Shown: piece after piece, positions 62,665-64,000 of the stretch
Position numbering within the stretch: the first letter of the stretch is position 1
How the letters are laid out: every line of letters begins with the position of its first letter
Source: Podarcis muralis
Taxonomy: Eukaryota
Length of the DNA: 64,000 nucleotides
Reading direction: 5' to 3'
Assembly (NCBI RefSeq): GCF_964188315.1
Contig: NC_135664.1
Location: 24,986,001 to 25,050,000 of the forward strand
Made by a program: the position numbers and the translations under genes
Notes under the pieces: generated by a model
Databases searched by the model: none
What the model saw: only the letters and a program-made list of their open reading frames with translations
What the model was told of the DNA's origin: nothing

Positions 62665-64000
62665 TCCAGGGATTTAGCCAGGGTCTCTTCCAGCCCTACC
62701 TGGAGATGCCAACGATTGCAGGCGAGTCCTTGGGCATGTGGTGCATATGTTCTACCACTGAGCTACAGTGTTGTGAATTACCAGTCCAGATCAAAACTGT
62801 CACAAACTGTTTGGTTAAAAGGCGGGGCCTGCTCCAAAAAATGGCAAGGCTGGGCCTTTGTGGACCAGCAGAGGGTGCATCATCTTGACAGCGATATTAT
62901 TTTTGCTTTCAAGAGGATCGGATGCAGGCCAGGATAATCACTTTGCATATTCTACTTCTTCCAGGTTAGGAGGGCCACTGAGGGTTCTCTGCCCAAGAGT
63001 TCCCATCAGTAGCAAGACACCAGAATTTATAAAAGAGGGAAATCTTGTTTTTCTGATACGAAGTGGATGGATACCACCAAAAAACGTTCTATATTCATGT
63101 ATTCGGACACTGATTAAGCTGCAACTGAACCACTAGCTCAAGGAAACATCTGTAGCTCCATCTCCCCCCACCCCCTTTCCCTTGTTCAGTTGATAAAAAG
63201 GGGGTGAGACCTGGTTAGAAAATGCTCTTATTTATGGCTTCCAAATCAAAAACTATTTTTCCCCTGGGTAATGGCCAATTCTGGAACAAAAGCTCCTTAC
63301 AACTCTTTCTAAGTATTCCTTTTTCTAGTTCCGCAAGCTCCCAAGTTATTAGCATCTTACATTTCTTCCTTTCTGGTCACAAAACCATGGTGCCAAACAC
63401 GGAACACAAACATATCCATGGCCAACAGCACAAACCTAGTACCTAAGCTGATTAACCCTGAAAATCACACTATTTTAGTTACAACAACTGTTTTTTAATT
63501 TTTCAGTTCTCCAAAACAAAGGGAACAGGACATAACTATGTCTTTTAAAAAATGCAGCAAAATAATAGGGTTAGTATAATATTAATACCACCACTAACCC
63601 AACAGGAGCTACAACAGTCTCTAGCTCTGCCCATCATTCTCTGCCTGTGCCTGCTGCCAATATGAAGACCCAGGTAATGTAGGCACCAGCAAGAACAACA
63701 GGTTGCTCACCCTTGCTTTAAATGGTCCAGTGTTATGACAGTACTAGCATCCGTGTCATTTCAATGATCAGCAGTGTTTGCAGAGCCAAGCAACGGTTGG
63801 TTGAGAAAATGTTACATCTGCATTAATGGAGGAGGGTGTTATATGAGGCCACTTGAGTGTGTTACACACACACATATGGATATACATCCCATTATATTAT
63901 TTACCACATAGGTCTCCTTGAAAACCTTACTTTCTGATTTAGGTTCTCTCCGGAGGACAGAGATGGTGCACCAACTTTGTTTCTCAAAGCAAACGTTAAA

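Noticed and set aside
63917-64000. ZNF277 exon 1 (minus-strand GTAAGG donor, open in phase 1)
   Set aside because: Translation (FNVCFEKQSWCTISVLRREPKSE) does not resemble the recalled ZNF277 N-terminus, and there is no CpG island; unresolved at the window edge.
1-64000. CRISPR array, endogenous viral ORF, rRNA or snoRNA
   Set aside because: No regularly spaced repeat-spacer array, no viral protein motif beyond retroelements, and no convincing box C/D or H/ACA structure was seen by eye.

Overview
Eukaryotic genomic DNA from a squamate reptile, most likely a lacertid lizard. This is inferred from Sauria SINE, Squam3-like SINE, BovB, CR1, L2 and Rex1 content. The only protein-coding gene I can support is ZNF277 on the minus strand. 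Coding exons 2-12 lie at 32943-56044. All have GT-AG boundaries and sum to 1286 nt (2 nt completing the split codon plus 428 codons including TGA). Exon lengths match my recollection of the human gene. Exon 1 is not recognisable and probably lies beyond 64000. Bases 1-32900 are intergenic and repeat-rich; by recalled amniote synteny (DOCK4-ZNF277-IFRD1) they probably lie upstream of IFRD1, but no IFRD1 exon is visible. Nearly all ORF-track entries are chance ORFs or transposon fragments. I found no new gene or multi-gene system. The best leads are DNA-repair and transposition footprints: (1) an interstitial (TTAGGG)9 tract flanked by a 16-bp duplication, resembling telomerase healing of a break; (2) a perfect 74-bp (AT)17-centred palindrome in ZNF277 intron 6; (3) two independently inserted, promoter-bearing solo LTRs 1.4 kb apart; (4) SINEs with different tRNA heads on a shared CR1-type tail; (5) a CR1 nested in a MITE with a fold-back junction. 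Coordinates were counted by hand, and repeat family names come from memory rather than a database search.
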